Below are positions 1-10,823 of a DNA stretch of 64,000 bases, piece by piece (position 1 is the first letter of the stretch; each line of letters begins with the position of its first letter). The notes below the pieces were generated by a model. It had not been told where the DNA came from. It saw only the letters and a program-made list of their open reading frames with translations, and did not search any database. The stretch covers positions 6,112,001 through 6,176,000 of the forward strand of contig OZ241867.1 in assembly GCA_965203175.1 (NCBI GenBank), given 5' to 3'. The translations under genes were made by a program, and so were the position numbers. This stretch comes from Candidatus Latescibacterota bacterium (GTDB lineage Bacteria; Latescibacterota; UBA2968; UBA8231).

Positions 1-1
1 G

Positions 2-2296
2 CCCCTGTCCAAGGCCGCCTTGGTCCTCGACGACACCTTGTCGTTAGCCGCCCAACTCGACGGCGCGACCGCCCGCATCGCCTTACAAATCGAGCGCACG
101 GGTGCGTACCACATCGACCTCGTCGATCGCAAAGGCGCGACAAACCGCGACCCCATCCGCTACGCCATCCAAGTGCGCGAAGACCAGAAGCCAGTAGTCG
201 CCATCACCGATCCCGGCCGCGACAGCGATCTGCCCGAGGCCCTCAAGGTTCTACTCAAGGCCGAGGCCAGCGACGACTTTTCCGTCGAGGAAATCGCCTT
301 GGTCTATCGAGTCAACAACAGTCCCGAACAGCGCCAAGTCCTATCCATCAATCCCCAGCGCGAGGTGCTCGTCAGCTACATCTGGGACCTATCAGCCGCC
401 AACCTCTTGCCCGAAGACCGCATCTACTACCACTTAGAAGCCCTCGACAACAATCAAGTGGCCGGCCCGCAAAAGGGTCAGAGCCGCCAGTACGTGCTGC
501 GCTTCCCCTCCCTGTATGAACTCTACGCAGAGGCCGATCAAGCCCAGGAGGAACAACTCTCCTCCTTGGAGGAACTCGCAGCCGAGGGACAGGCTCATCA
601 GGAGTACATCGAGCGAGTGCGCCGCGAACTGCTCAAAAGCGAGGAACTGAGTTGGGAGCAAAAGAAAGAACTCGAATCAACGCTTGCGGCCGAGGCTGAG
701 CGCGCCCGCGCCGTAGAGGAACTAGCGGCTGAGTTGGAGAAAACCATCGACTCCATGCAGGACGAGGGCACGGGCAGCGAAGAGTTGCTCGACAAGCTCG
801 ACCACATCCGCGAGCTCATGGGCGACATTGCCACCCCTGAAATGCAGCAGGCCCTCGCCGAACTGCAAAAAGCTGCCACCAACCCAGACCCCCAAGCCCT
901 CGCCGACGCCCTCAAGCGCTTTAACGAAGACCAGCAAGCCTTCCAGCAACGGCTCGACCGCACCATTGCCCTGCTCAAACAGGTGCGGACTGAGCAGCAG
1001 TTGCGCGCCATCGTCGAGCAAGCCGCGGAATTAGCCCGACGCCAGAGCCAAATCAACCGCGAGCTTGCGGACGGCCAGAGCGGCCTGCGCCAGCAGCTAC
1101 AGGAGGGCAGTTTGCAGCGCGACACCGAGCGACTCGCCGAGCAGCTACAGGAACTGAGCGATTCCACAGCCGAGCAAAATACCGCGCTCTCTGAACAGCT
1201 AGCGCACCGCGCCGAGGACGTAGAGAACAAGGCCCTCTCCGAGCGCATGCGCCAGATGGTGCGCCAGATGCGAGCCAAATCCCCAGGTGCAGCCCAGCAG
1301 ACCGGACAGGCCCTAGCCGCAGACCTTGACGCACTAGCCGAGGATTTGCAGCAGATGCAAGACGAATACCTCGCCGCAGAAAAGGACCAACTCAGCCGCG
1401 AACTGCGCCGCGCCATGCGCGACCTCGTCCAGTTATCCCAACGCCAAGAGAGCCTGTTCGGCAACGCCCGCGCCCAAGACCAAGTCGCGCTCATGCAAGG
1501 CACGAGCCAAGTCGTGGAGCGCATCGCTGCCGTGGGTCGGCGCACCTTAGCCCTCGCTCCCAATCTGAGCGCAACCATTGGCTACGCTCTGCGCGAGATG
1601 CACGACGCAGCGCAGCGCCTCGGCCAGCGGGATGTGCAGGGAGCGCGCCATCCCCAGAGGAAGGCCATGCGCTATCTCAACGAGACCGTTCTACTCCTGC
1701 GCGAGAGCCTCGACAACCTCGCCAAGGCGCAAACCCCTTCGGCCTTTGCCGAGGCCATGCAGCAGTTGCTCGGCCTCTCCGAACAGCAGAGCCAACTCAA
1801 CCAAGCATCCGAACAGGCCATGGGCCAGATGCCCGGCCCTTCACTCCAGCAGCAAATCGCACGCCTCAGCGCCCAACAGCAGGGCCTCATGCAGGCGCTC
1901 GACGAGATCTCTCGCTCGCTGCGCGGGCACCGAGGGGCGCAACAGCGCGTGCAAGCCATACAGGATGAGATGCGAGACGTGCTCGCCGACTTGCAGCGCG
2001 GGCGGCTCAACCAGCGCACGCGGCAAAACCAGGAGCGCATCTACCAGCGCATGCTCGACGCCAGCCGCTCCATCCACAGCCGCGGCTTTGATGAGAAGCG
2101 GCGCAGCATCACAGCCACCGACCAGCCCTACGCCGGCCCAACTGCCCTACCCACGGATCGCGGGCAGACGCCCGACCTGTGGCGCGAAGCTCTGCGCCAA
2201 GCGCTCGCCGGCCCCTATCCCGAGGAGTACCGCGCCTTGCTCCGGCGCTACTACGACCAAATCTACCAAGACCTACAAGCACGCGAAGCCCCATGA
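2..2296 (+). CDS. DUF4175-like long coiled-coil protein (5' partial)
   Basis: Frame open from the window edge. N-terminal Ig-like part (DQKPVVAITDPGRD...ASDDFSV...YYHLEALDNNQVAGPQ), then Q/E/L/A-rich helical repeats and a C-terminal YPEEYRALLRRYY, as in DUF4175 proteins of MoxR/DUF58 loci. Confidence 0.75.
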   Translation, partial: PLSKAALVLDDTLSLAAQLDGATARIALQIERTGAYHIDLVDRKGATNRDPIRYAIQVREDQKPVVAITDPGRDSDLPEALKVLLKAEASDDFSVEEIALVYRVNNSPEQRQVLSINPQREVLVSYIWDLSAANLLPEDRIYYHLEALDNNQVAGPQKGQSRQYVLRFPSLYELYAEADQAQEEQLSSLEELAAEGQAHQEYIERVRRELLKSEELSWEQKKELESTLAAEAERARAVEELAAELEKTIDSMQDEGTGSEELLDKLDHIRELMGDIATPEMQQALAELQKAATNPDPQALADALKRFNEDQQAFQQRLDRTIALLKQVRTEQQLRAIVEQAAELARRQSQINRELADGQSGLRQQLQEGSLQRDTERLAEQLQELSDSTAEQNTALSEQLAHRAEDVENKALSERMRQMVRQMRAKSPGAAQQTGQALAADLDALAEDLQQMQDEYLAAEKDQLSRELRRAMRDLVQLSQRQESLFGNARAQDQVALMQGTSQVVERIAAVGRRTLALAPNLSATIGYALREMHDAAQRLGQRDVQGARHPQRKAMRYLNETVLLLRESLDNLAKAQTPSAFAEAMQQLLGLSEQQSQLNQASEQAMGQMPGPSLQQQIARLSAQQQGLMQALDEISRSLRGHRGAQQRVQAIQDEMRDVLADLQRGRLNQRTRQNQERIYQRMLDASRSIHSRGFDEKRRSITATDQPYAGPTALPTDRGQTPDLWREALRQALAGPYPEEYRALLRRYYDQIYQDLQAREAP

Positions 2297-3114
2297 GAAT
2301 ACCCGCCCTCATCTGCGCCCTCGGCCTGTGGAGCGCGACTGCTGCGACCGCCAACCTGCAGGCACAAGTCGAGCAAGCGCGTCTATTGCTAGAGCACGAC
2401 GCACAGGCGGCCTGCAGCGCCCTGCAATCAGTAGTCGAAGCTCCACAGCGCGGCCCGTGGACCGAACCGGCCCGGCTACTGATAGCCGAGTGCAGCCTGC
2501 GCCTTGGTGACCTAGATCGCGCAGATAGCTTGTGGGCGGACTTGGAAAGGCGCGGCGGTCCGGCTGCGTACGCGGCTCGCTATCACCGCGCCGAACTGCT
2601 CTACTTCCGCGGCGACTTTGCCGCAGCTACAGCCGCCTTGGCCACGCTAGGTGCTACCGACCCGAACCACGTCCTCGCCAACGATGGCCTCGCCCTGCTG
2701 ACCGTATGCGAAGAATACGCCGAGTCCGATGGCCTCGCCGATCTCAGTCGCGCTCAGCTTCTAGAGCGACAAGGACAGAGCAAAGCGGCCGACGTGCACT
2801 GGACAGCCCTCGAAGAGGGTGCCGACCCGGGCCTTGCTGAGTGGAGCTTGCTCATCCGCGCCGAATTGCGCGCGCAACAAGATCGTTCTGACGAGGCCAT
2901 GGCCCTGTACCAGCGACAAATCGCCCGCTTCCCCCAAGGCGAACACATCGTCGCCGCCCATCTCGGCCTAGCCGCGCTCTACGAGCGCCAAGGCGCGATT
3001 GAGCAGGCCCTCAAGATCTGCGAGACCGCGCTCCTCCAACACCCGCACGACGCCCGCGCCCCAGAGGTGCGCCTGCGCATCGAGCGGCTCCGCCACCTGC
3101 GCGAAAGCGGCTGA
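2293..3114 (+). CDS. Secreted tetratricopeptide-repeat protein
   Basis: ATG 2293 overlaps the upstream stop (ATGA); signal peptide MRIPALICALGLWSATAATA; TPR-like helices (ARYHRAELLYFRGDFAAA, AHLGLAALYERQG). Confidence 0.8.
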   Translation: MRIPALICALGLWSATAATANLQAQVEQARLLLEHDAQAACSALQSVVEAPQRGPWTEPARLLIAECSLRLGDLDRADSLWADLERRGGPAAYAARYHRAELLYFRGDFAAATAALATLGATDPNHVLANDGLALLTVCEEYAESDGLADLSRAQLLERQGQSKAADVHWTALEEGADPGLAEWSLLIRAELRAQQDRSDEAMALYQRQIARFPQGEHIVAAHLGLAALYERQGAIEQALKICETALLQHPHDARAPEVRLRIERLRHLRESG

Positions 3115-3118
3115 TCCC

Positions 3119-4378
3119 ATGCCCATTCTCTTTGCCTTAGCCCTTTGTACCCTTGCCCTCCTCCCGGCCCGCGCCGAACAGATCCTCGTGCCTATGGACA
3201 CCTCCCAGCGCGACCATCTCCGGGCCTACGGCCTCGCTTATTGGACCTTGGAACGCGGCATTCCGGTCGAGTGGTTGCTCAACTACCGCGGCGGCGCATT
3301 CCTCGTCGAAGCACACGCCCTCATCGCCAGCGAAGCCGTTCTGCGCGGCGTCAGCACCGAGCACATCTCCGAGGCCCAAGCCGCCCAGATCTACGCGGAG
3401 ATCGATGCGTCCAACATGGAAGTCGTGCGCTTGGAAAAGGTGCCGAAAATTGCCGTGTACACGCCGCCCAACAAACAACCCTGGGACGACGCAGTGACCC
3501 TCGCGCTGGAATACGCCCAAATCGACTACGAAAAAATCTGGGACGACGAAGTGCTCCAAGGCGCGCTCGACGACTACGACTGGCTGCACCTGCACCACGA
3601 GGACTTCACCGGCCAGTACGGCAAGTTCTACGGCTCCTACAGCAATCAGATATGGTACCGCGAACAGCAAGTCTCGTACGAGCAGATGGCGCGCCGCCTC
3701 GGCTACGCCAAAGTCTCCGAACAAAAGAAGGCCGTAGTCGTCAAAATTTACGAGTACATGGCGGCGGGCGGCTTCCTCTTCGCCATGTGCTCGGCCACCG
3801 ACACCTTTGACATCGCCCTCGCCGCGCTCGACGTAGATATATGCCACGCGGTCTTCGACGGCGACGCAGCCGACCCCAACGCCCAAGCCCAGCTCGACTT
3901 CAGCCGCACCGTGGCCTTTGAGAACTTCGTCCTCGAAACCAACCCACTCGTGTACGAATTCTCAAACATCGACACCACGCCGGACGACATGCGCCGAATC
4001 CGCACGGCCGAGGCCGAGTACTTCACGCTGTTCGAGTTCTCTGCCAAATACGATCCCGTGCCGACGATGCTCACCCAGTGCCACACCAACATCGTCGATG
4101 GTTTCCTCGGCCAGACCACGGCCTTCCGCCAGTCGCTGATCAAGGACTCGGTCATCCTCCTCGGCCAAGAAGAGGGCACCGACAGTGTCAAGTACATCCA
4201 CGGCCGCGTCGGCAAGGGCACCTTCACTTTCTACGCCGGCCACGACCCAGAAGACCACAGGCACCACGTCCACGACCCGCCGACCAACCTCACCCTGCAC
4301 CCCAATTCGCCCGGCTATCGGCTGATCTTGAACAACGTGCTTTTCCCAGCGGCGAAGAAAAAAGAGCGCAAGACCTGA
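3119..4378 (+). CDS. Conserved secreted FCB-group protein with class I GAT-like fold (family often labelled 'asparagine synthetase B')
   Basis: Signal peptide; family motifs ILVPMDxxQxxHLRAYG, WLLNYRGG, QPWDDAVTLALEYA, DWLHLHHEDFTGQYGKFY, GGFLFAMCSATD, GYRLILNNVLFPAAKKK. Confidence 0.75.
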   Translation: MPILFALALCTLALLPARAEQILVPMDTSQRDHLRAYGLAYWTLERGIPVEWLLNYRGGAFLVEAHALIASEAVLRGVSTEHISEAQAAQIYAEIDASNMEVVRLEKVPKIAVYTPPNKQPWDDAVTLALEYAQIDYEKIWDDEVLQGALDDYDWLHLHHEDFTGQYGKFYGSYSNQIWYREQQVSYEQMARRLGYAKVSEQKKAVVVKIYEYMAAGGFLFAMCSATDTFDIALAALDVDICHAVFDGDAADPNAQAQLDFSRTVAFENFVLETNPLVYEFSNIDTTPDDMRRIRTAEAEYFTLFEFSAKYDPVPTMLTQCHTNIVDGFLGQTTAFRQSLIKDSVILLGQEEGTDSVKYIHGRVGKGTFTFYAGHDPEDHRHHVHDPPTNLTLHPNSPGYRLILNNVLFPAAKKKERKT

Positions 4379-4446
4379 GCGGGGAAAGGGAAGGGCTGTG
4401 CAACTTGCTCAAAGGAAGTTTAGAACCTTTTAGTAAAGGAGTTCCC

Positions 4447-5889
4447 ATGGCGGATTCAATTCGGTTGTTGAGCGACGAAGAGGTGCAGCGGTTTATCATC
4501 GATGGATGTCTGACTGTGCAGGCGGATTATCCACCCTCGTTTCACGCCAGTATTCGCGATCAGATCGAGGCGGTTTTTGCAGAAGAAGGTAATCCCGGAA
4601 ATAATATTTTGCCTCGGGTTCCGCAGATCGGGCGCGTGTTTGAGCACCCCAATGTGAAGGGTGCCCTGACGAGTCTGTTGGGACCCGATTACATTTTGAA
4701 CCCCCATCGACATTGCCACTTGAATCCACCCGGGCGACGGGGACAGCAATGGCATAAAGATTGTTATGTGTACGATCACAATGTACGGCATCCGAGATTT
4801 TACTGGGTGCTCGCTTTTTATTTTCCCCAGGACACGACCGAGGATATGGGGCCGTCGGGGGTGTTGCCCGGGATGCAGATGTACAAAACCATTAGCGATG
4901 TAGATCCCGAAAAAACTCGGGAAAAAGCGCGGGCATTTTGCGGTCCTGCGGGGACGGTGGCGCTCATTCACTTTGACTCTTGGCATCGCGCAACAGAGAA
5001 TGTCAGTAGCAAAAATCGGTATATGTTGAAATTTCAGTTTGCCCGTACGCAGGAGCCAGAGCAACCGACTTGGGATCATCAAAGTCGCGCGTGGTCGCCC
5101 GGAATCGAGGATCGGCATCCGGCCCTATCGCGAGATGTCTGGCACTGGTTGTGTGGAGAACCTGCAAAAAAACAGCGATCTCTAAATGGCAATATGAAAG
5201 ACTTACTCTCGGTCTTAAAGCGCGGATCAGAGGGCGAGCGGTTGGATGCGGCGTATGGGCTGGCCGAGTTTGGCGCGCCGGCCGTGCCCGAACTCGTCGC
5301 CGCCATGCGCGAGGAAGCACTGGCCACTATCGACGAGACCGAGGCCAAGACACCGGATAATGCCCACGGAACAAATCCCACGAGCGGTTGTGCGGCGCTG
5401 GCATTGGCATCCATAGGCGCACCAGCCGCAGGGGCTTTGGCGGAGATGCTGTCCGATGAGCACTGGTGGGTGCGAGCGGTCGCCGCCCATGTGTTGGGAC
5501 GCTTGGGCTCGAGCGCAACGGGGACTGTACCCGCCCTGAGAACGGCGATGAGCGATCACCACTGGTGGGTGCGCCGCAATGCGATTGAGACTTTGGGCAC
5601 CATCGGCGTTTTTTCCGCTGAGTTGATTGCCGACCTGACAGCAGCACTCGGCGATGAGGACTACCGCGTGCGCCGCAACGCCGCCCTCGTGCTGGCGAAG
5701 TCCGGCGAAGCGGGCTGCGTGGCGATTGAGACATTGGCTGAGATGCTCGCGGACGAGAATCGCTACAACCGATTTTACGCCGCCTATGGGTTAAAACAAA
5801 TTGGCACGCCCGACGCACGGGATGTTTTGCTCCGCTCACTTTTCAACTCGCGTTGGTGCTCCATTACGACAAAAGACAACATCTACTGA
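4447..5889 (+). CDS. Phytanoyl-CoA dioxygenase (PhyH)-like Fe/2OG domain fused to HEAT repeats
   Basis: RBS AAGGAG before ATG 4447; HxD (WHKD), distal His (WHRATEN) and Arg (NRYM); C-terminal HEAT repeats DEHWWVRAVAA, DHHWWVRRNA, DEDYRVRRNAA. Confidence 0.85.
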   Translation: MADSIRLLSDEEVQRFIIDGCLTVQADYPPSFHASIRDQIEAVFAEEGNPGNNILPRVPQIGRVFEHPNVKGALTSLLGPDYILNPHRHCHLNPPGRRGQQWHKDCYVYDHNVRHPRFYWVLAFYFPQDTTEDMGPSGVLPGMQMYKTISDVDPEKTREKARAFCGPAGTVALIHFDSWHRATENVSSKNRYMLKFQFARTQEPEQPTWDHQSRAWSPGIEDRHPALSRDVWHWLCGEPAKKQRSLNGNMKDLLSVLKRGSEGERLDAAYGLAEFGAPAVPELVAAMREEALATIDETEAKTPDNAHGTNPTSGCAALALASIGAPAAGALAEMLSDEHWWVRAVAAHVLGRLGSSATGTVPALRTAMSDHHWWVRRNAIETLGTIGVFSAELIADLTAALGDEDYRVRRNAALVLAKSGEAGCVAIETLAEMLADENRYNRFYAAYGLKQIGTPDARDVLLRSLFNSRWCSITTKDNIY

Positions 5890-5978
5890 AGCCCCAAAAG
5901 CCGTGCGAAATCTGGCCAAGCCGCCCCTCCGCCCATACTTTTTGTCGATTCACCAACTCATGGACTGAAAGGAAGTAC

Positions 5979-6968
<990 letters not shown>

Positions 6969-6969
6969 C

Positions 6970-7869
6970 GTGAGCGAAGCCGTCTCCTACCTCCACCCGG
7001 AAACCATCTCGCGCCTCTCGCGCCTCGACCTGATTGCGCGCCTCGTGGTCGAGGGCTTTATCACCGGCCTGCACCGCAGCCCGTACCACGGCTTCTCGGT
7101 CGAATTCTCCGAGCACCGTCCCTACATGCCGGGCGACCCCCTGCGCGACCTCGATTGGAAGGCATACGCCAAGTCCGACCGCCTGTACGTCAAACAGTAC
7201 GAAGAGGAAACCAACCTCAAAGCCTATCTGCTGCTCGACGTGTCCGGCTCCATGGACTTTGCGGCCGGTGCGCCGCTGAGCAAATTTCGCTACGCTGTAT
7301 CTCTAGCAGCCGCGCTGTCGTACCTCATGCTCAAGCAGCGCGACGCGGTCGGCCTGTTGCTCTACCACCACCAGACCGAGGCATACGTGCCGCCGCGCTC
7401 GGTACAAAGCCACCTCCAAGTGCTCCTCAAGACCATCGACCAAGCGCGGCCGCACAACGAGACGAGTATGGCCCCGGCCTTCCACGACCTCGCCGAGCGC
7501 ATCCGCCGCCGCGGCCTCGTCATTGTGCTCTCCGACCTGCTCGACGCGCCCGACCAAGTCCTCGAAGGCCTGCGCCACTTCCGCCACCTGCGGCACGAAG
7601 TGATCGTCTTCCACCTGCTCGACCCCCGCGAGCGCGACCTCGCCTTCCGCGACCAGACCCGCTTCTACGACCTCGAAGACCCAGACCAAACCCTCACCAC
7701 CCAACCCTGGCACATCCAGCACGAATACCGCGCGCTGATGGACGACCTGATCCAGACCTATCGACTCGGGTGCGCCGAGGCCGGCATCGACTACGCCCTG
7801 CTCGACACGGCAACCCCCTTTGACGTGGCCCTATCGCGCTACCTAGCGCAGCGCAAAAAAATGGGTTAG
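6970..7869 (+). CDS. DUF58 (vWA-like) protein, MoxR partner
   Basis: GLHRSPYHGFSVEFSEHRPYMPGD, DWKAYAKSDRLYVKQYEEE, LLDVSGSM; directly after moxR. Confidence 0.93.
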   Translation: MSEAVSYLHPETISRLSRLDLIARLVVEGFITGLHRSPYHGFSVEFSEHRPYMPGDPLRDLDWKAYAKSDRLYVKQYEEETNLKAYLLLDVSGSMDFAAGAPLSKFRYAVSLAAALSYLMLKQRDAVGLLLYHHQTEAYVPPRSVQSHLQVLLKTIDQARPHNETSMAPAFHDLAERIRRRGLVIVLSDLLDAPDQVLEGLRHFRHLRHEVIVFHLLDPRERDLAFRDQTRFYDLEDPDQTLTTQPWHIQHEYRALMDDLIQTYRLGCAEAGIDYALLDTATPFDVALSRYLAQRKKMG

Positions 7870-7888
7870 CCGCCGTCCCGCCCTGAAA

Positions 7889-7917
7889 CTTGACTTTTTT
7901 GTACAGATTCCTAAGTT
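7889..7917 (+). promoter_or_regulatory. Putative sigma70-like suf promoter overlapping a possible Rrf2 operator
   Basis: TTGACT (7890-7895), 16 nt, TAAGTT (7912-7917); imperfect dyad CTTGAC-TTTTTT-GTACAG; RBS AAGGAG before sufB. Confidence 0.45.
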
Positions 7918-7949
7918 CTTGAGACTGCGCCTAGATACAAGGAGCCAAC

Positions 7950-10496
7950 ATGAGCGAAAGCACCCAAACCCTAGAGCAATTCGCCAACCGCGATTACGAG
8001 TGGGGATTCGTCACCGACATAGAGGCCGACTCGGCCCCACCCGGCCTCAACGAAGAGATCATCCGCTTTATCTCCGCCAAAAAGGACGAGCCTGAGTTCA
8101 TGCTCGACTGGCGGCTCAAAGCCTATCGCCGCTGGCTCACCATGGAGGATCCAACGCGCCGCAAAGAGAGTCAGCGCTGGGCCATGGTCCACTATCCCGA
8201 CATCAACTACCAAGACATCGTTTACTACTCGGCCCCCAAGCAGAAACAGCTCGACAGCCTCGACGAGGTCGATCCCGAAATTTTGGCTACCTACCAGAAG
8301 CTCGGCATCCCGCTCGAAGAGCAGAAAATGCTCGCCGGCGTGGCTGTGGACGCCGTCTTCGACAGCGTCTCCGTGGCCACCACGTTCAAGGACAAGCTGG
8401 CCGATTTGGGCATCATCTTCTGCTCCATGTCCGAAGCCATCCAAGATCACCCCGAGCTTGTGCGAAAATACCTCGGCTCGGTCGTGCCCTATACCGACAA
8501 TTTCTTCGCCACCCTCAACTCCGCGGTCTTTACCGACGGCTCCTTCGTGTACGTGCCGCCGGGCGTGCGCTGCCCCATGGAGCTATCGACGTACTTCCGC
8601 ATCAACGCGGCGAACACCGGCCAATTCGAGCGCACCTTGGTCATCGCCGACGAGGGGTCGTACGTGTCATATTTAGAGGGCTGCCTCCCGCCCGGCGAAC
8701 AGGTATCAACGCCCACGGGCTGGAGAAACATCGAGAGCCTAAAACCCGGCGACTTGGTGTACGATCACGAGGGTGCCCCTCGCAGAGTGCGTGCCTCCAT
8801 GACCCGCCGCCACAAGGGCGAAATGATCACCATTCGCCCAGTGTCGCGTTACAACCAGTTCAGTTTGACCTCGGAGCATCCCGTGCTAGCCATCAAGCGC
8901 GAGGGCGTTCGGGTCAAACGCAAAGCGCGCCGCAACGGCTGGTTGCCCGAAGTCGATACAAAGAAACTGCTGGCCGCCGACCCCGAGTGGGTCCCCGCCG
9001 GACAACTGGCTCAAGGCGACTTCGTCCTCGTGCCCAAATTGCAGCAACAGGAGAGGGCTGGTTTCAGCGACCAAGAGACCGAATTGCTCGGCTATTACCT
9101 CGCCGAAGGCAGTTCCTACCACAACAAGGCCAACAAGCAACACACCAATCAGTTCTCCTTCGGCCTTCAAGAAAAAGACCTTATCGCGCAGACGCGGTCC
9201 CTGATTGAAGATGTGACCGGCAGGCCATCGTACCTGACCGAGCAGCCCGACCGCAATGGGGCTGGTGTGGCCTTCTTCTCCCAACAGTACGCCGACTGGT
9301 TCATCGAACACTGCGGTAAGGGGGCCTGTACCAAGATGCTCAGCGAGGGGTTGATGAGCCTACCCACGCGCCAAGCCAAAATTCTCCTCGACGCCTATCT
9401 CGAAGGGGACGGCAATGTCCACGACCGTGGCAACTCGCGCATGGTGCGCTTCTGCACCGGCTCCGAGACCTTGGCGCAGCAGGTCCAGATGCTGCTCAAT
9501 CGACTAGGGATCTACGCTTGGATCACGGTTCGCCAAGGCGGCAAGGGGAAATTCTCCAATAATTCCGACCGGGTCGTCAACCGCCAGCCGCTGTATCAGG
9601 TCGGCTATACCGAAAGCAAGAAGTGGGACATGGTCCGCGAGACCGACACCCATTTTATTGTCCCGATCCGCGAAGTGACCCGCGCCCCCTACGACGATCT
9701 GGTCTTCAACATCGACGTCGAAGAGACCCATAGCTACACCGTGCGCGGCACGGCCGTCCACAACTGCACAGCGCCCATGCGCGACGAAAACCAGCTCCAC
9801 GCAGCCGTCGTCGAACTCGTAGCCCTCGGCGACGCACAGATCAAGTACTCCACCGTGCAGAACTGGTATCCCGGCGACGAAAACGGCAAAGGCGGGATCT
9901 ACAACTTCGTCACCAAGCGCGGCGCATGTCGCGGCGACCATTCCAAGATCTCGTGGACCCAAGTAGAGACCGGCTCGGCCATCACTTGGAAGTACCCTAG
10001 CTGCATCCTCCAAGGCGATCACTCGATCGGCGAATTTTACTCAGTAGCCGTCACCTCCAAGCGGCAGCAGGCCGACACGGGCACCAAGATGCACCACATC
10101 GGCAAAAACACCCGCAGCACCATTGTCTCCAAGGGCATTTCAGCCCAGCGCGGCCAAAACACCTATCGCGGCAAGGTGCAGGTGCTCAAAAACGCGACCG
10201 GTGCCCGCAACTTCACCCAGTGCGATTCCATGCTCATCGGCGACCAATGCGGCGCGCACACCTTTCCCTATATCGAGGTCCGCAATCCCACCGCCCACGT
10301 CGAGCACGAGGCTTCCACCTCCAAGATCGGCGAGGACCAAATTTTCTACTGCAACCAGCGCGGGATTTCCACTGAAGACGCCATCTCCATGATCGTCAAC
10401 GGCTTCTGCAAGGAAGTCCTCGCCGAACTGCCGATGGAATTCGCCGTCGAGGCGCAAAAGCTGCTGGGGATCAGCCTCGAAGGCAGCGTCGGGTAG
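7950..10496 (+). CDS. sufB: Fe-S cluster assembly protein SufB precursor containing an intein
   Basis: VAVDAVFDSVSV, CPMELSTYFRIN, GQFERTL, SYLEG/CTAPMRDENQLHAAVVE, QADTGTKM, EHEASTSKIGEDQ. Exteins total 487 aa after removing the 361-aa intein. Confidence 0.97.
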   Translation: MSESTQTLEQFANRDYEWGFVTDIEADSAPPGLNEEIIRFISAKKDEPEFMLDWRLKAYRRWLTMEDPTRRKESQRWAMVHYPDINYQDIVYYSAPKQKQLDSLDEVDPEILATYQKLGIPLEEQKMLAGVAVDAVFDSVSVATTFKDKLADLGIIFCSMSEAIQDHPELVRKYLGSVVPYTDNFFATLNSAVFTDGSFVYVPPGVRCPMELSTYFRINAANTGQFERTLVIADEGSYVSYLEGCLPPGEQVSTPTGWRNIESLKPGDLVYDHEGAPRRVRASMTRRHKGEMITIRPVSRYNQFSLTSEHPVLAIKREGVRVKRKARRNGWLPEVDTKKLLAADPEWVPAGQLAQGDFVLVPKLQQQERAGFSDQETELLGYYLAEGSSYHNKANKQHTNQFSFGLQEKDLIAQTRSLIEDVTGRPSYLTEQPDRNGAGVAFFSQQYADWFIEHCGKGACTKMLSEGLMSLPTRQAKILLDAYLEGDGNVHDRGNSRMVRFCTGSETLAQQVQMLLNRLGIYAWITVRQGGKGKFSNNSDRVVNRQPLYQVGYTESKKWDMVRETDTHFIVPIREVTRAPYDDLVFNIDVEETHSYTVRGTAVHNCTAPMRDENQLHAAVVELVALGDAQIKYSTVQNWYPGDENGKGGIYNFVTKRGACRGDHSKISWTQVETGSAITWKYPSCILQGDHSIGEFYSVAVTSKRQQADTGTKMHHIGKNTRSTIVSKGISAQRGQNTYRGKVQVLKNATGARNFTQCDSMLIGDQCGAHTFPYIEVRNPTAHVEHEASTSKIGEDQIFYCNQRGISTEDAISMIVNGFCKEVLAELPMEFAVEAQKLLGISLEGSVG
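8682..9764 (+). mobile_element. Intein with LAGLIDADG homing endonuclease in SufB
   Basis: Starts CLPPGEQV (block A); LTSEHP (block B TxxH); LLGYYLAEG and LLDAYLEGDG (LAGLIDADG); VFNIDVEETHSY (block F); ends VHN followed by Cys+1 (CTAP). Confidence 0.97.
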
Positions 10497-10823
10497 ATGA
10501 ATGCGATAGAGGCTGCGAGACTGAGCACTACTGTCGATAGCTCAAAGGATAAGTAAATGGGATGGCTTGGTAAGGGTGCTTCCGCATGGCGTACCACCTG
10601 CATTATGACGACAACGGTACCAAGGGCGCAACGCATGTCATACGGGAAATGTACAACGCCGAGGTCGTCAAGCGACTAGCGCGCATCCTCTATAACCACT
10701 ACGACCGCAAAGGTGACTCATAAAACGCGGTCATCTTCAACAATCTCGTTACCACGTGGCAGGATATTATCACGAGAACGCAAGGTCCCGCATAGGGCAG
10801 GCTTTTCGAGAGATAGGAATGGT

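Noticed and set aside
598-2510. Long alternative-frame ORFs (598-1578 minus, 1578-2510 plus) and many similar ones across the window
   Set aside because: Shadow ORFs of GC-rich genes; Arg/Ser/Pro-rich with no motifs, and they overlap well-supported CDSs.
3119-4378. Calling this gene asnB
   Set aside because: No N-terminal Cys Ntn domain or SGGLDS motif, and it has a signal peptide; the family label looks like a propagated misannotation.
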